Origin: an uncultured Clostridia bacterium
GTDB taxonomy: Bacteria > Acidobacteriota > Blastocatellia > UBA7656
DNA: 47,594 nt
Assembly: GCA_964581275.1 (NCBI GenBank)
Contig: CAZOOE010000002.1
Location: 1-47,594 of the forward strand
Direction: 5' to 3'
Shown: positions 1-8,448 of the stretch, in pieces
How positions within the stretch are numbered: position 1 is the stretch's first letter
Layout of the letters: each line of letters starts with the position of its first letter
Translations under genes and position numbers: made by a program
The notes under the pieces: generated by a model
What the model saw: the letters and a program-made list of their open reading frames with translations, nothing else
The model's database searches: none
What the model was told of the DNA's origin: nothing

Positions 1-134
1 TAGAGCTCGCTTCTCTTTCGCTGTAGGCTGGAGCGTGAAAGCACCCACGGCTGACGCCAGTGGGCATCCTAGAGCTCACTTCTCTCCGCTGTAGGTTGGA
101 ACGTGATGACCCACGGCTGACGCCAGGGCATCCT
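1..134. repeat. Tandem direct repeat of two ~65-69 bp units (1..69 and 70..134). The array may continue upstream of the window edge.
   Basis: Unit 1 (tagagctcgcttctctttcgctgtaggctggagcgtgaaagcacccacggctgacgccagtgggcatcc) aligns head-to-tail with unit 2 (tagagctcacttctctccgctgtaggttggaacgtgatgacccacggctgacgccagggcatcc). They differ by a few substitutions and 1-3 nt indels. There are no intervening spacers. Confidence 0.8.
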
Positions 135-224
135 AGCGGTAGACTATGTCTGCTGCTGGCAGTGTTCGCGCTCATCCCCTTTGATCACTCATCGGCAGCA
201 AGTCGGATGCTGGTGGTTCTCTCT

Positions 225-1328
225 ATGACTCGATCCTTCCAATTTCGGATCGAACAATCGGACGCGGGCCAAAGGCTTGATGAGCTTCTTGCGTCACGCT
301 TCGGCATGCTCAGCCGAATGCGGATTGCGAATCTGATTGAAGCAGGCGTTTGTCACGTTAACGGTGCAGTCACCCGAGCAGGCTACCGGATCCTCATCGA
401 TGACCTGGTTGATATAGCCTTCGCCGACGACGGGGCTCCTACCGCGATGACTCCCGAACCGATTCCTCTCGAAGTCATTCACGAAGACGAGCACATTATC
501 TTGGTCGTCAAGCCTGCCGGAATGCTTGTTCACCCAACGATGAATGTAAAGCGCGGGACGCTCCTTAATGCGCTGGCGTATCACTTGAATAGGTCGAGGA
601 TAGAAAATGGAGAGTGGAGAATTGAAGATGGAGGGTCGAGGATGGAAGATCTTGTTCAGACATCGTCCGAGTCGATCGTCCTCCTGACCCCAATCCTCAA
701 CCCTCCACCTTCAATCAGCGATCATCCCCGGGTCACTCGCCCCGGTCTCGTGCACCGCCCTGACCGCGCGAGATCAGGCTTGATCGTCATAGCAAAGAGG
801 CCTCGCGCGCTCACGGTGCTGTCGCGCCATTTTCGAAAGCGCCTTGTGGGAAAGAGGTATCTGGCTTTGGTCCACGGCAATGTTCAGGAGGGGGCCGGCT
901 CAATCAACGCGCCCATCGGCCGGGACCCAGAGCAGCGGCCCCGCTGGCGAGTAGTGGACGGCGGCAAGGTCGCGGAGACGCGATTCAAAGTTCTCGAGAG
1001 GTTTGGGCGGGCCACCCTTCTCGAGCTAGAGCCAGTCACCGGCCGGACTAATCAGTTGCGAATACACTGCGCTCATATGGGACATCCCATCATTGGCGAT
1101 GAGCTGTCTGAGGATTACCACCCTCAGACGTCGGATTTCGAATTTAAAACCGAAGCTCACGGTGGAACCCAGCAATCCGCGATTCCAAATCGGCAATTCG
1201 GAACCCGGCTCTGCCTGCACGCCGGTGGCCTTGCATTCCATCATCCGGTGGGCGGTGAGTGGATGGAATTTGTATCGCCTGCCCCGGTTCAAATGCAGGC
1301 AATCATCAGTCGGTATCGGGAAAAGTAG
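225..1328 (+). CDS. RluA/RluD-family pseudouridine synthase (S4-like N-terminus plus catalytic domain) with a ~49 aa in-frame insertion
   Basis: Motifs seen: GQRLDELL...NGAVTRAGYRI (S4-like), HIILVVKPAGMLVHP, GLVHRPDRARSGLIVIAK (HRxD catalytic Asp motif), TGRTNQLRIHCAHMGHPIIGD. The track ORF starts at 60, but the first ~55 codons lie over the tandem repeat and look non-genic. The ATG at 225 (or 207) fits the family N-terminus (MTRSFQFRIEQSDAGQRLD). Confidence 0.85.
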   Translation: MTRSFQFRIEQSDAGQRLDELLASRFGMLSRMRIANLIEAGVCHVNGAVTRAGYRILIDDLVDIAFADDGAPTAMTPEPIPLEVIHEDEHIILVVKPAGMLVHPTMNVKRGTLLNALAYHLNRSRIENGEWRIEDGGSRMEDLVQTSSESIVLLTPILNPPPSISDHPRVTRPGLVHRPDRARSGLIVIAKRPRALTVLSRHFRKRLVGKRYLALVHGNVQEGAGSINAPIGRDPEQRPRWRVVDGGKVAETRFKVLERFGRATLLELEPVTGRTNQLRIHCAHMGHPIIGDELSEDYHPQTSDFEFKTEAHGGTQQSAIPNRQFGTRLCLHAGGLAFHHPVGGEWMEFVSPAPVQMQAIISRYREK

Positions 1329-1500
1329 GTCATGGCAGATAGACGGATATGGACCAAACACTCTGGGCTGCCCTGGACACCCAAGATTCAAACGAGCTGG
1401 CTTACAAACCAGTCGTAGAGTAGTGGTTTCCCGATGGTCTCTAGTCCATCGCAGCTTGTGCTTTACGAAACCCTCACATTCTAGCGCGAGTGCGACCGTC

Positions 1501-2421
1501 TCATTCCCGCGCGACTGGGTGACCTTCACCGCGGATGTACGCGCGGCAGAGTTTCAGAAACGAATCCAGCGCGGGTGGAAGATAGTCGCTCTTTAGATAG
1601 GCAACGCCGAACTCCCACTTCACATCCAGGTCACGGACCGGTGCCGCGCGAAGCGTTCCGCGCGCCAAGTGGGTGTGAACCGAGCCGCGCGGGAGAATTG
1701 TTACGCCGAAGCCAAGCTCTACCATCTTGATGATTGCCTCGGTGCGTTGAAGCTCCATCACGATCTTCGGATCAAGCTTGTTCTTTTCGAAGAACAGGTC
1801 GATCAGGCGCCGTGTGTTGCCGCCCTTTTCTCCGAGTATCAGCGGTTCGGACGAGAGTCCTTCGGCGTTGATCACCCGCGAGCGTGCGAGCTTGTGCTGC
1901 GGGCTCATCGCCGCGACCAACCGATCGCTTCGCAGGGTCTCGGTCAGGACATCTGATGCTTCGACTGGAAGCGATATCAGACCGACGTCAACGCTGCCGG
2001 CAAGGATCTGGTCGATTATCCTTTCGCTGGTGCCCCCGACGACCGACAAGTCAAGCAGCGCGTACTTGCGTTTGATCTCGCTTAGGATTTCAGGCAAGGG
2101 ATGGGCGGTGACCGCGGTGGACGCGACGCCAACGTGCAAACGACCTCGCGAGGGCCCGCCGATCGCCGCAAGGTCGGCCTTGGCGTCGTCGTGAGCGCGA
2201 ATAATCGTCTCGGCGTGCCCGAGCAGCGCGCGCCCGGCTTCGGTCAGGTAGAGCTTCTTGTTGACTCGCAGGAAGAGCGGCGCGCCGACTTCTTCTTCGA
2301 GCTGGCGCATGTGAACGCTGACCGCGGCCTGAGTCAGGTGAATGCGGGACGCCGCCTGAGTAAAGGAGCCGGCCTCGGCAACTGCCTTGAATGTGCGTAA
2401 GAGCCTGAGTTCCATTTTCAC
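1501..2421 (-). CDS. LysR-family transcriptional regulator
   Basis: N-terminal HTH (LRLLRTFKAVAEAGSFTQAASRIHLTQAAVSVHMRQLEEEVGAPLF) followed by a LysR substrate-binding-type C-terminal domain. It is divergent from the 2635 gene. Confidence 0.9.
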   Translation of the reverse strand: MKMELRLLRTFKAVAEAGSFTQAASRIHLTQAAVSVHMRQLEEEVGAPLFLRVNKKLYLTEAGRALLGHAETIIRAHDDAKADLAAIGGPSRGRLHVGVASTAVTAHPLPEILSEIKRKYALLDLSVVGGTSERIIDQILAGSVDVGLISLPVEASDVLTETLRSDRLVAAMSPQHKLARSRVINAEGLSSEPLILGEKGGNTRRLIDLFFEKNKLDPKIVMELQRTEAIIKMVELGFGVTILPRGSVHTHLARGTLRAAPVRDLDVKWEFGVAYLKSDYLPPALDSFLKLCRAYIRGEGHPVARE

Positions 2422-2474
2422 TTCTCCGGCATCGATCTACACCGCGTGCGCCCTTACGATCGTTAGCGCGGCCC

Positions 2475-2501
2475 TTCCAGATCCCGCGGTATTCCAGATC
2501 C
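2475..2501. promoter_or_regulatory. Direct repeat ttccagatcc (x2, 17-nt register) in the LysR/beta-propeller divergent intergenic region; candidate regulator site
   Basis: Exact 10-mers at 2475..2484 and 2492..2501 lie between the divergent starts at 2421 and 2635. Function is not established. Confidence 0.25.
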
Positions 2502-2634
2502 TTCGCCAAGTGTCTTGCTCGCGGACAGCATTGTACCTAAATGAGACTGTCAAAATCACGCGACTGCTCTTCATATAACGACCCGCTGGCCGGGCGTTGG
2601 CCGTTGAGAGTACTATGAGAGAAAGGAGATTGAA

Positions 2635-3669
2635 ATGCGCAGCTTCGCACTCGCATTATCACTTGTCGCCGCCCCGGTACTGTTCGCCCAATCGTCCCCA
2701 GTCTATCGCGTTACCCACACGTACATCCTCGGTGGTGACGGCAGTTGGGACTACGTAATAGTTGATCCGCCACGGCATCGCTTGTTCATCGGCAGGCAGG
2801 ACCGAGTCATGGTTGTGGATGAGAACGACGGAAAGCTCCTGGGCGAAGTCACTGGCATCAATGGAGCGCACGGCGTGGCGTTGGTCGATCAGGCAGGCCA
2901 CGGATTCGCGACGTCCGGCAACGACGCTTCCGTGGTGATGTTCGACCTGCGAACTTTCAAGGTGCTCGGTCGGATTCCGGCCGCCGAGGACGCCGACGCC
3001 ATCATCTATGACCCGATCTCAAACCTCGTGTTCACGTTCAACGGGGACGCACATTCCTCCACTGTCATTGATCCGCGCGAGGGAAAGCTAGTAACGAACA
3101 TCCCACTCGGTGGCAAGCCCGAGTATGGAGTGTCGGCTAGGGACGGCAAGGTCTATGCGAATATTGTGGACAACGGCGAAGTGGTGGAGATAGACGCCAA
3201 GAAGCTCAGCGTCACGAGGCGGTGGTCCACCGCGCCGGCGAAACAACCCGTCGCGATTGCCATCGACCTTAAACATCATCGCCTGTTCAGCGGTTGCCGC
3301 AGCGGAGTAATGGCAATCTCTGACTACGATGCCGGTAAGATGGTAGCAACGCTGCCGATCGGAGCGGGCGTCGACGGCGCCGCATTCGATCCAGCCACAG
3401 GCGACGCTTTCGCTTCGAACGCCGACGGGACTCTCACCGTGATTCATCAGGATGGTCCTGACAAGTACCACGTCGTCGAAAGCGTCCGAACCGCCGAACG
3501 CGCGCGAAACATGGGACTCGATCCCACTACGCATCGAGTGTACGTGGTCTCGGCCAAGTTCGGTCCGCCGCCAGCGGAATCAACGACCGCAGACGCAAGG
3601 CGCCGCCCCACGATTGTGCCGGGATCCTTCATGATGATGGTGGTCGAGCGTGAGCGAGGAGCACGGTGA
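2635..3669 (+). CDS. Secreted YncE/YVTN-like beta-propeller repeat protein
   Basis: Signal peptide MRSFALALSLVAAPVLFAQS. Repeated blades follow, with motifs of the type G..P.G.A.D......v.n...g.v.viD. An RBS (aaaggag) lies 6 nt upstream of the ATG. Confidence 0.7.
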   Translation: MRSFALALSLVAAPVLFAQSSPVYRVTHTYILGGDGSWDYVIVDPPRHRLFIGRQDRVMVVDENDGKLLGEVTGINGAHGVALVDQAGHGFATSGNDASVVMFDLRTFKVLGRIPAAEDADAIIYDPISNLVFTFNGDAHSSTVIDPREGKLVTNIPLGGKPEYGVSARDGKVYANIVDNGEVVEIDAKKLSVTRRWSTAPAKQPVAIAIDLKHHRLFSGCRSGVMAISDYDAGKMVATLPIGAGVDGAAFDPATGDAFASNADGTLTVIHQDGPDKYHVVESVRTAERARNMGLDPTTHRVYVVSAKFGPPPAESTTADARRRPTIVPGSFMMMVVERERGAR

Positions 3670-3996
3670 AGGTTTCATTCTGCCGAAGTCAACCCCAGAA
3701 CCACGACGCGTCCCTCTCACCGAGAGAAACGCGACGATTCGTCATATCGGCGATGATCATTGCAACACTCTCCCCTACATCTCTGTCACTATCTGTGGCT
3801 GAATGGAGCTGCCTCAGCCTATTGGCGGAATCGATTCGAGCACCGTTCGGTTAAGCCAAGATCTAGGCAATAAGAGTTCCGGTCTGAATGTTAGTGCAAT
3901 CGACCTACTGGCCAAGGAGGACGATTCGAGTGGTCACATTCCGATTGCATCAGAGATGCTAACAATACCCAGCAGTCGTCAAAGGAGAATAAGAAC

Positions 3997-5019
3997 ATGA
4001 TCCTTAGAAAAACATTGTCAAGAATACTTCTACTGTTAGTCATACTTGCGCCGGGGTTCAGTCCTTTGGTCCTCGCCGGATTGGGTACTCAGGAGAACCC
4101 GAAGAAGGACAAGGCTGAAAAGAAGAAGGCGCAGGTGGTAGACGGCGGCGAGGGTCGCCCCATATTGTGGACGGAGCGCGATGCCATCGAGAGCCTCGAC
4201 CTGTTTTACGGGCCGGGTGGTAAGGAAGGCGCGCCGGACCTAACGGGGAAAATCATCTATGTTGATCGCGACACCAAAGGCACGCAAAAGAAAATCTACG
4301 TCAAAGACGACAAGGATAGGGAGTGGACCGTCAAGTTTGGTCCCGAGGCCAGACCCGAGACCGTGGCCACTCGTTTCGTATGGGCCGTGGGGTATCACAC
4401 AGATGAGGACTACTTCGTCGAGAGAGCGCACATAGACGGAATGTCCGGAGGCGACGCGCAAAACGTCAGGTTCAAGCGTCGCCATAGTGGTTATAAAGAG
4501 GTTGGACTGTGGACCTGGGAGAACAATCCGTTTGTTGGAACGCGGGAACTGAATGGGCTGAAGGTACTGATGGCGGTGATGAACAACTGGGATCTCAAAG
4601 TTGACAACAACAAAGTAGTTCGCCCGACCAAGAAGAGCGGCGAGGACCGTGATGAGCGAATCTACTATGTCGGGGATCTGGGGGCGACATTCGGCAAGAC
4701 CGGATCGTTCGCCCACGAGCTCCACCTCCCGGGTGATCCACCCGCTGGTAGCAAAGATAAACCGAGCCAGTACGCTGAACAGAGGTTTATAGATGGGGTT
4801 CGTGATGGAACAGTCCGGTTCCATTACAAGGGCAAAGACCCTTCCGCGCTGAAAGGAATATCTGTTGAGAACGCCCGGTGGATGGGGGCACTGCTTGCCC
4901 GGCTCTCTCAGAAACAACTCACAGATGCCTTCCGTGCCGGTGGATATAATGACTCCGAAATATCGACGTTGGTTCGGGCGATGCGGGCACGAATCAAGGA
5001 GCTTCAGGATCTTAAGTGA
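3997..5019 (+). CDS. Secreted hypothetical protein with protein-kinase-like catalytic motifs
   Basis: N-terminal signal/TM segment (ILLLLVILAPGFSPLVLAG) and an RBS (aaaggag) upstream. Internal motifs WTVKFG, NNWDLKVDNN and VGDLGATFG resemble the VAIK, HRDLKxxN and DFG elements. No family assignment is possible by eye. Confidence 0.6.
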   Translation: MILRKTLSRILLLLVILAPGFSPLVLAGLGTQENPKKDKAEKKKAQVVDGGEGRPILWTERDAIESLDLFYGPGGKEGAPDLTGKIIYVDRDTKGTQKKIYVKDDKDREWTVKFGPEARPETVATRFVWAVGYHTDEDYFVERAHIDGMSGGDAQNVRFKRRHSGYKEVGLWTWENNPFVGTRELNGLKVLMAVMNNWDLKVDNNKVVRPTKKSGEDRDERIYYVGDLGATFGKTGSFAHELHLPGDPPAGSKDKPSQYAEQRFIDGVRDGTVRFHYKGKDPSALKGISVENARWMGALLARLSQKQLTDAFRAGGYNDSEISTLVRAMRARIKELQDLK

Positions 5020-5045
5020 GGGTGAGGCTATTAGCGCGGATAGAG

Positions 5046-5071
5046 ACGGGAGGCCCAGTGCCTCCCGTTTT
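5046..5071 (+). terminator. Rho-independent terminator after the 3997..5019 gene
   Basis: A 9-bp GC-rich stem (acgggaggc / gcctcccgt) with loop ccagt is followed by tttt, 27 nt after the stop codon. Confidence 0.8.
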
Positions 5072-5760
5072 GCTGATTCGCTTACGATGCGAATCGAGCG
5101 TGCCTTAGGGCCAGCCACGCTCGACTTCAATCATTTGGCCCGGGCAGCACAGTGATCACACCCATCATTGGACTGCCGAAGTTCCCATTGGGGTCTGGAA
5201 TGCCGCCGTCCGGTCCCGGTGCAACAGGCTGGTGACAGGACGAAGTTTACCGTTCTGTGATTAATACCTCAATTCATTTAGGTTATGTTTAGCCTATTTG
5301 TGCATCAAGAGTCTATTCCTAATCAGAATTCGAAATGAGCACATGTTGTTATAGGGTCTGTACCTCGCTCGATTCGGGGCGGGTGTGCCTGCCGAAGGAG
5401 GGCCAGATCAAGCAACCAATCATCTTGGCGCATCCGTCGATGATCGGTCTTCGTCGAAGTGAAGCAAACAAAACGCGAGCATAACGGTTCACTATCATAA
5501 CCATAAAAACAAATCGTTTTACAAGCGGTCGACTACCGACTATAACGGGAGTAGACCTTTTGAAAGGCGAGCAATGTACGACGAGGACAGCGCCCCACTC
5601 ACGATCAATGTCACGCTTAAGATCTGTCATCAAGCCGCCTGTCAGCGGACCGTAGCGGTGGCTCCGGAACGCACCCACATATTCGAACAGTCCTTTCCTT
5701 TGGAACGTTTGAAAAAAAGAGACTATCGGCGACTCGAACGCAGATAGCAGCAGCAGCTTT

Positions 5761-6774
5761 ATGTCAAAGATCCTCACGACTGATACAGAAGCCCCGGAAG
5801 CCCCGACCCAATCGTCAACCGGCCCGCTCGTAACCGACGATCACGATGCATCTCGAGAGAAGTACTACCTGGGCATCGACGGCGGGGGTACCAAGACCCA
5901 TGCGGTTATCACCGACTCAGAACGCCGGGTGATGGGCGAAGGCTTTAGCGGCGCGGCAAATCCATTGCGGGTGGGATTGGAGGAGGCCGTCTCGCACATC
6001 GATCAGGCGGTAGGCGAAGCGTGCGCGCAGGCAGGAATCGACCTTAGAAGTATCGACTTTGCTTGCGCTGCCATCGCCGGGATCAATCATCCCATTCACT
6101 ATCACACAATGAAAGACGCGCTTGATGATGCATTGCACATCGCCGGGCTCGAGCTGGTCACCGACGCGCGTGCGGCGCTCGAAGGGGCGCTCGATGGCAA
6201 AGCGGGAGTCGTCGTGATCGCGGGCACCGGTTCTATCGCCATCGGGGTCAACCCGGACGGCCAGACAGCGCGCTCGGGCGGGTTTGGCCCTACCTTGAGT
6301 GATGAGGGATCGGGCTACTACATTGCGCAGCAGGCGCTGAAGGCCGTGGTGTCATCGTTCGACGGCCGCTCGGCCAAGACTACGTTGGCCGAGCGAATCT
6401 GTAATCGCCTTGGCGTGGCTGGTCCCAGCGATTTGCCGGGAGTTATCTATAACAGCGACTCGGAGCCGGTGGACATCGCGCCCCTGGCCGAGCTTGTTGA
6501 TGAGGCTGCGCACGAAGGCGATGAAGTAGCGCGCCAGATCTTGAGCGCCGCCGGACGCGAGCTCGGACGGCTCGCGGCATCGGTGATCGAAAAGCTGGGG
6601 CTGCATTCAGACGCCTTTCGAGTCGCTTGTGTCGGAAGCGTCTTCAGATCGGGCGAGTTCGTGCTGGAGCCTCTGCGCGAGGCGGTCTCGCGAGTCGCAC
6701 CGAACGCCGAGGTTGGACCGCCGCTGTATTCTCCGGCGATGGGCGCGGTGAAGCTTGCCCAGGAGCTCGCGTAA
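5761..6774 (+). CDS. BadF/BadG/BcrA/BcrD-type ATPase, N-acetylglucosamine (or MurNAc/GlcNAc) kinase-like
   Basis: Motifs seen: YYLGIDGGGTKTHAVITD (phosphate-1), VVIAGTGSIAIG, GGFGPTLSDEGSGYYIAQQAL. These are typical of the eukaryotic-type GlcNAc kinase / BadF family. Confidence 0.8.
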   Translation: MSKILTTDTEAPEAPTQSSTGPLVTDDHDASREKYYLGIDGGGTKTHAVITDSERRVMGEGFSGAANPLRVGLEEAVSHIDQAVGEACAQAGIDLRSIDFACAAIAGINHPIHYHTMKDALDDALHIAGLELVTDARAALEGALDGKAGVVVIAGTGSIAIGVNPDGQTARSGGFGPTLSDEGSGYYIAQQALKAVVSSFDGRSAKTTLAERICNRLGVAGPSDLPGVIYNSDSEPVDIAPLAELVDEAAHEGDEVARQILSAAGRELGRLAASVIEKLGLHSDAFRVACVGSVFRSGEFVLEPLREAVSRVAPNAEVGPPLYSPAMGAVKLAQELA

Positions 6775-6916
6775 GGTAACTACTCAAATGACGCGAGGTG
6801 GACCGGACTGGCGCCGGCGAATCTCGGTGCTTGGTTCTGATCTGAGTTTCTGTTATTCGTTTCTTTCTAGTCTTCTCAGTTCGAGCAACGCAACATCGCT
6901 TTGATGGAGTCTGGGC

Positions 6917-8437
6917 GTGGGTTTCTCCGCGATAGATTACGTCGTGCTGGTGGGCTACCTGGTGGGCATCACCATATTTGGCACGATGTTTCGGCGTTCC
7001 CGGCGAACGGTCAAAGATTATTTTATAGGCGCGAAGAACACGTCGTGGATTGTAATCAGTCTTTCAATCGTCGCCACCGAAACGAGCACGCTGACGCTGA
7101 TCGGGGTTCCGGCGCTGGCTTACTCGACTTTCGCGCGGCCCGAGCAGGGCGGCAGTCTGACCTACTTGCAGGTTGTCATCGGCTACATCGTCGCGCGAAT
7201 GATCATCAGCTTGCTATTCATCCCGGCTTATTTTCAGGGTGAGCTGCTGACTGCTTATGAGCTGTTGAAGCGCAGGTTCGGAGTGCAAGCAAAGAATTTC
7301 GCGGCTTCTCTGTTCCTGATCATGCGCGCGCTGGCCGAAGGCGTTCGGGTGTTTGCCGCCTCACTTGTTTTGAGCGCGGTGCTCAGCGCGAGTCTTCCCG
7401 GCTTGCCTCATTTATGGCTGTGGTCGATCTTCATCGTCGGGTTGCTGACGTTGATCTACACGTTCGAAGGTGGGATCGCCGCGGTGATCTGGACTGATTT
7501 GATTCAGCTCGTGATCTACATCGGTGGCTCGCTGCTGGCGGCTTACATGCTGCTGCGGTTGATACCGGGCGGATGGGGCGCTGTGGCTGCCGAAGCGGCG
7601 CCGGTAAACAAATTTCAGGTGTTCTCGTTTGCCTGGGATTTCAAGCTGCCGTTTACATTTTGGGCTGGGTTGTTGGGCGGCACCTTTTTGACCATGGCAT
7701 CGCACGGCACTGACCAATTGCTGGTTCAAAGGCTGCTTACGTGCCGTAACGCGCGAGACAGCCAGAAGGCTTTGGTGCTGAGTGGGTTTGTAGTGCTCTT
7801 TCAGTTCCTGCTCTTCTTGATCATCGGCATAATGCTTTTCGCTTACTACAGGTTTTATCCGCTCGAGACGCAGCTTGCAAGCAACGACGAGATTTTTCCC
7901 GCGTTTATCGTTCATCGCCTGCCGCACGGCGTGGCGGGTCTAGTGATCGCGGCGATATTTGCGGCGGCGATGTCGAATCTGAGCGGCTCGCTGAACTCGC
8001 TCGCGTCGACCACCGTGCTTGATTTCTACAAGCCGCTTGCCGGTCGAAACGCGAGCGACGAGAGTTTGTTGAAGCTGTCCCGATGGCTGACGGCAACTTG
8101 GGGCATAGTCCTGATCGGCATCGCGGTACTGGCGAGCAGATGGGGATCAGTTTTTACGACTGGTTTGACGATCGCGTCGCTGGTCTACGGACCGATGCTC
8201 GGGGCGTTTCTCTTGGGAGTTCTCACGCGGCGAGCGAATCAAGCTGGTGTAATGATTGGGATGGGGGTCTCTCTGGTCTCAATGCTTGCAGTGAAGTTCT
8301 TCACGCCGCTCGCCTGGACCTGGTATGTGCTGGCAGGGACGGCGGTGTGTTTGATGATTGGTTACGCGGTGAGCCTTATGACAAAGCGGCCGGCTGATGT
8401 GGCGTCGTTTGAAGAGGCGGCTGCCGCGACCGATTGA
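6917..8437 (+). CDS. Sodium:solute symporter (SSS) family transporter
   Basis: About 13 hydrophobic segments. An SSS-like N-terminus (DYVVLVGYLVGITIFGTMF...DYFIGAKN) is followed by TETSTLTLIGVPA. GTG start. The stop overlaps the next ORF. Confidence 0.85.
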   Translation: MGFSAIDYVVLVGYLVGITIFGTMFRRSRRTVKDYFIGAKNTSWIVISLSIVATETSTLTLIGVPALAYSTFARPEQGGSLTYLQVVIGYIVARMIISLLFIPAYFQGELLTAYELLKRRFGVQAKNFAASLFLIMRALAEGVRVFAASLVLSAVLSASLPGLPHLWLWSIFIVGLLTLIYTFEGGIAAVIWTDLIQLVIYIGGSLLAAYMLLRLIPGGWGAVAAEAAPVNKFQVFSFAWDFKLPFTFWAGLLGGTFLTMASHGTDQLLVQRLLTCRNARDSQKALVLSGFVVLFQFLLFLIIGIMLFAYYRFYPLETQLASNDEIFPAFIVHRLPHGVAGLVIAAIFAAAMSNLSGSLNSLASTTVLDFYKPLAGRNASDESLLKLSRWLTATWGIVLIGIAVLASRWGSVFTTGLTIASLVYGPMLGAFLLGVLTRRANQAGVMIGMGVSLVSMLAVKFFTPLAWTWYVLAGTAVCLMIGYAVSLMTKRPADVASFEEAAAATD

Positions 8438-8448
8438 TATCGGAGATT

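Noticed and set aside
1-134. Possible CRISPR array at the window start
   Set aside because: The units are directly adjacent with no unique spacers, and at ~66 bp they are longer than CRISPR repeats.
60-224. N-terminal extensions offered by the ORF track for several genes (60, 14589, 23507, 29410, 45242, 46169, 41710, 42601)
   Set aside because: The extensions cross repeats, terminators or upstream intergenic sequence. Internal ATGs with Shine-Dalgarno-like sequences match the family N-termini better.
1371-1452. tRNA-like stretch on the minus strand (ctggtttgtaagccag resembles a Thr-UGU anticodon arm; tttgaatc resembles a T-loop)
   Set aside because: The anticodon loop would be 8 nt. The T-arm and acceptor stems do not pair, and no D-arm can be drawn. 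At best it is a decayed fragment; I cannot support a tRNA call.
4240-5130. 296-aa antisense ORF opposite the 3997..5019 gene. Similar long antisense ORFs occur at 38796..39548, 41115..41738, 43386..44210, 7412..7927 and 13451..13924.
   Set aside because: These are typical shadow ORFs of GC-rich coding regions. Their translations are Arg/Pro/Ser-rich with no motifs, and each lies entirely inside a well-supported gene on the other strand.
5349-5777. 142-aa minus-strand ORF in the long gap
   Set aside because: It has a GTG start with no RBS and overlaps the sugar-kinase start. Its Arg/Cys-rich composition carries no recognisable motif, so it is treated as non-coding until homology is shown.
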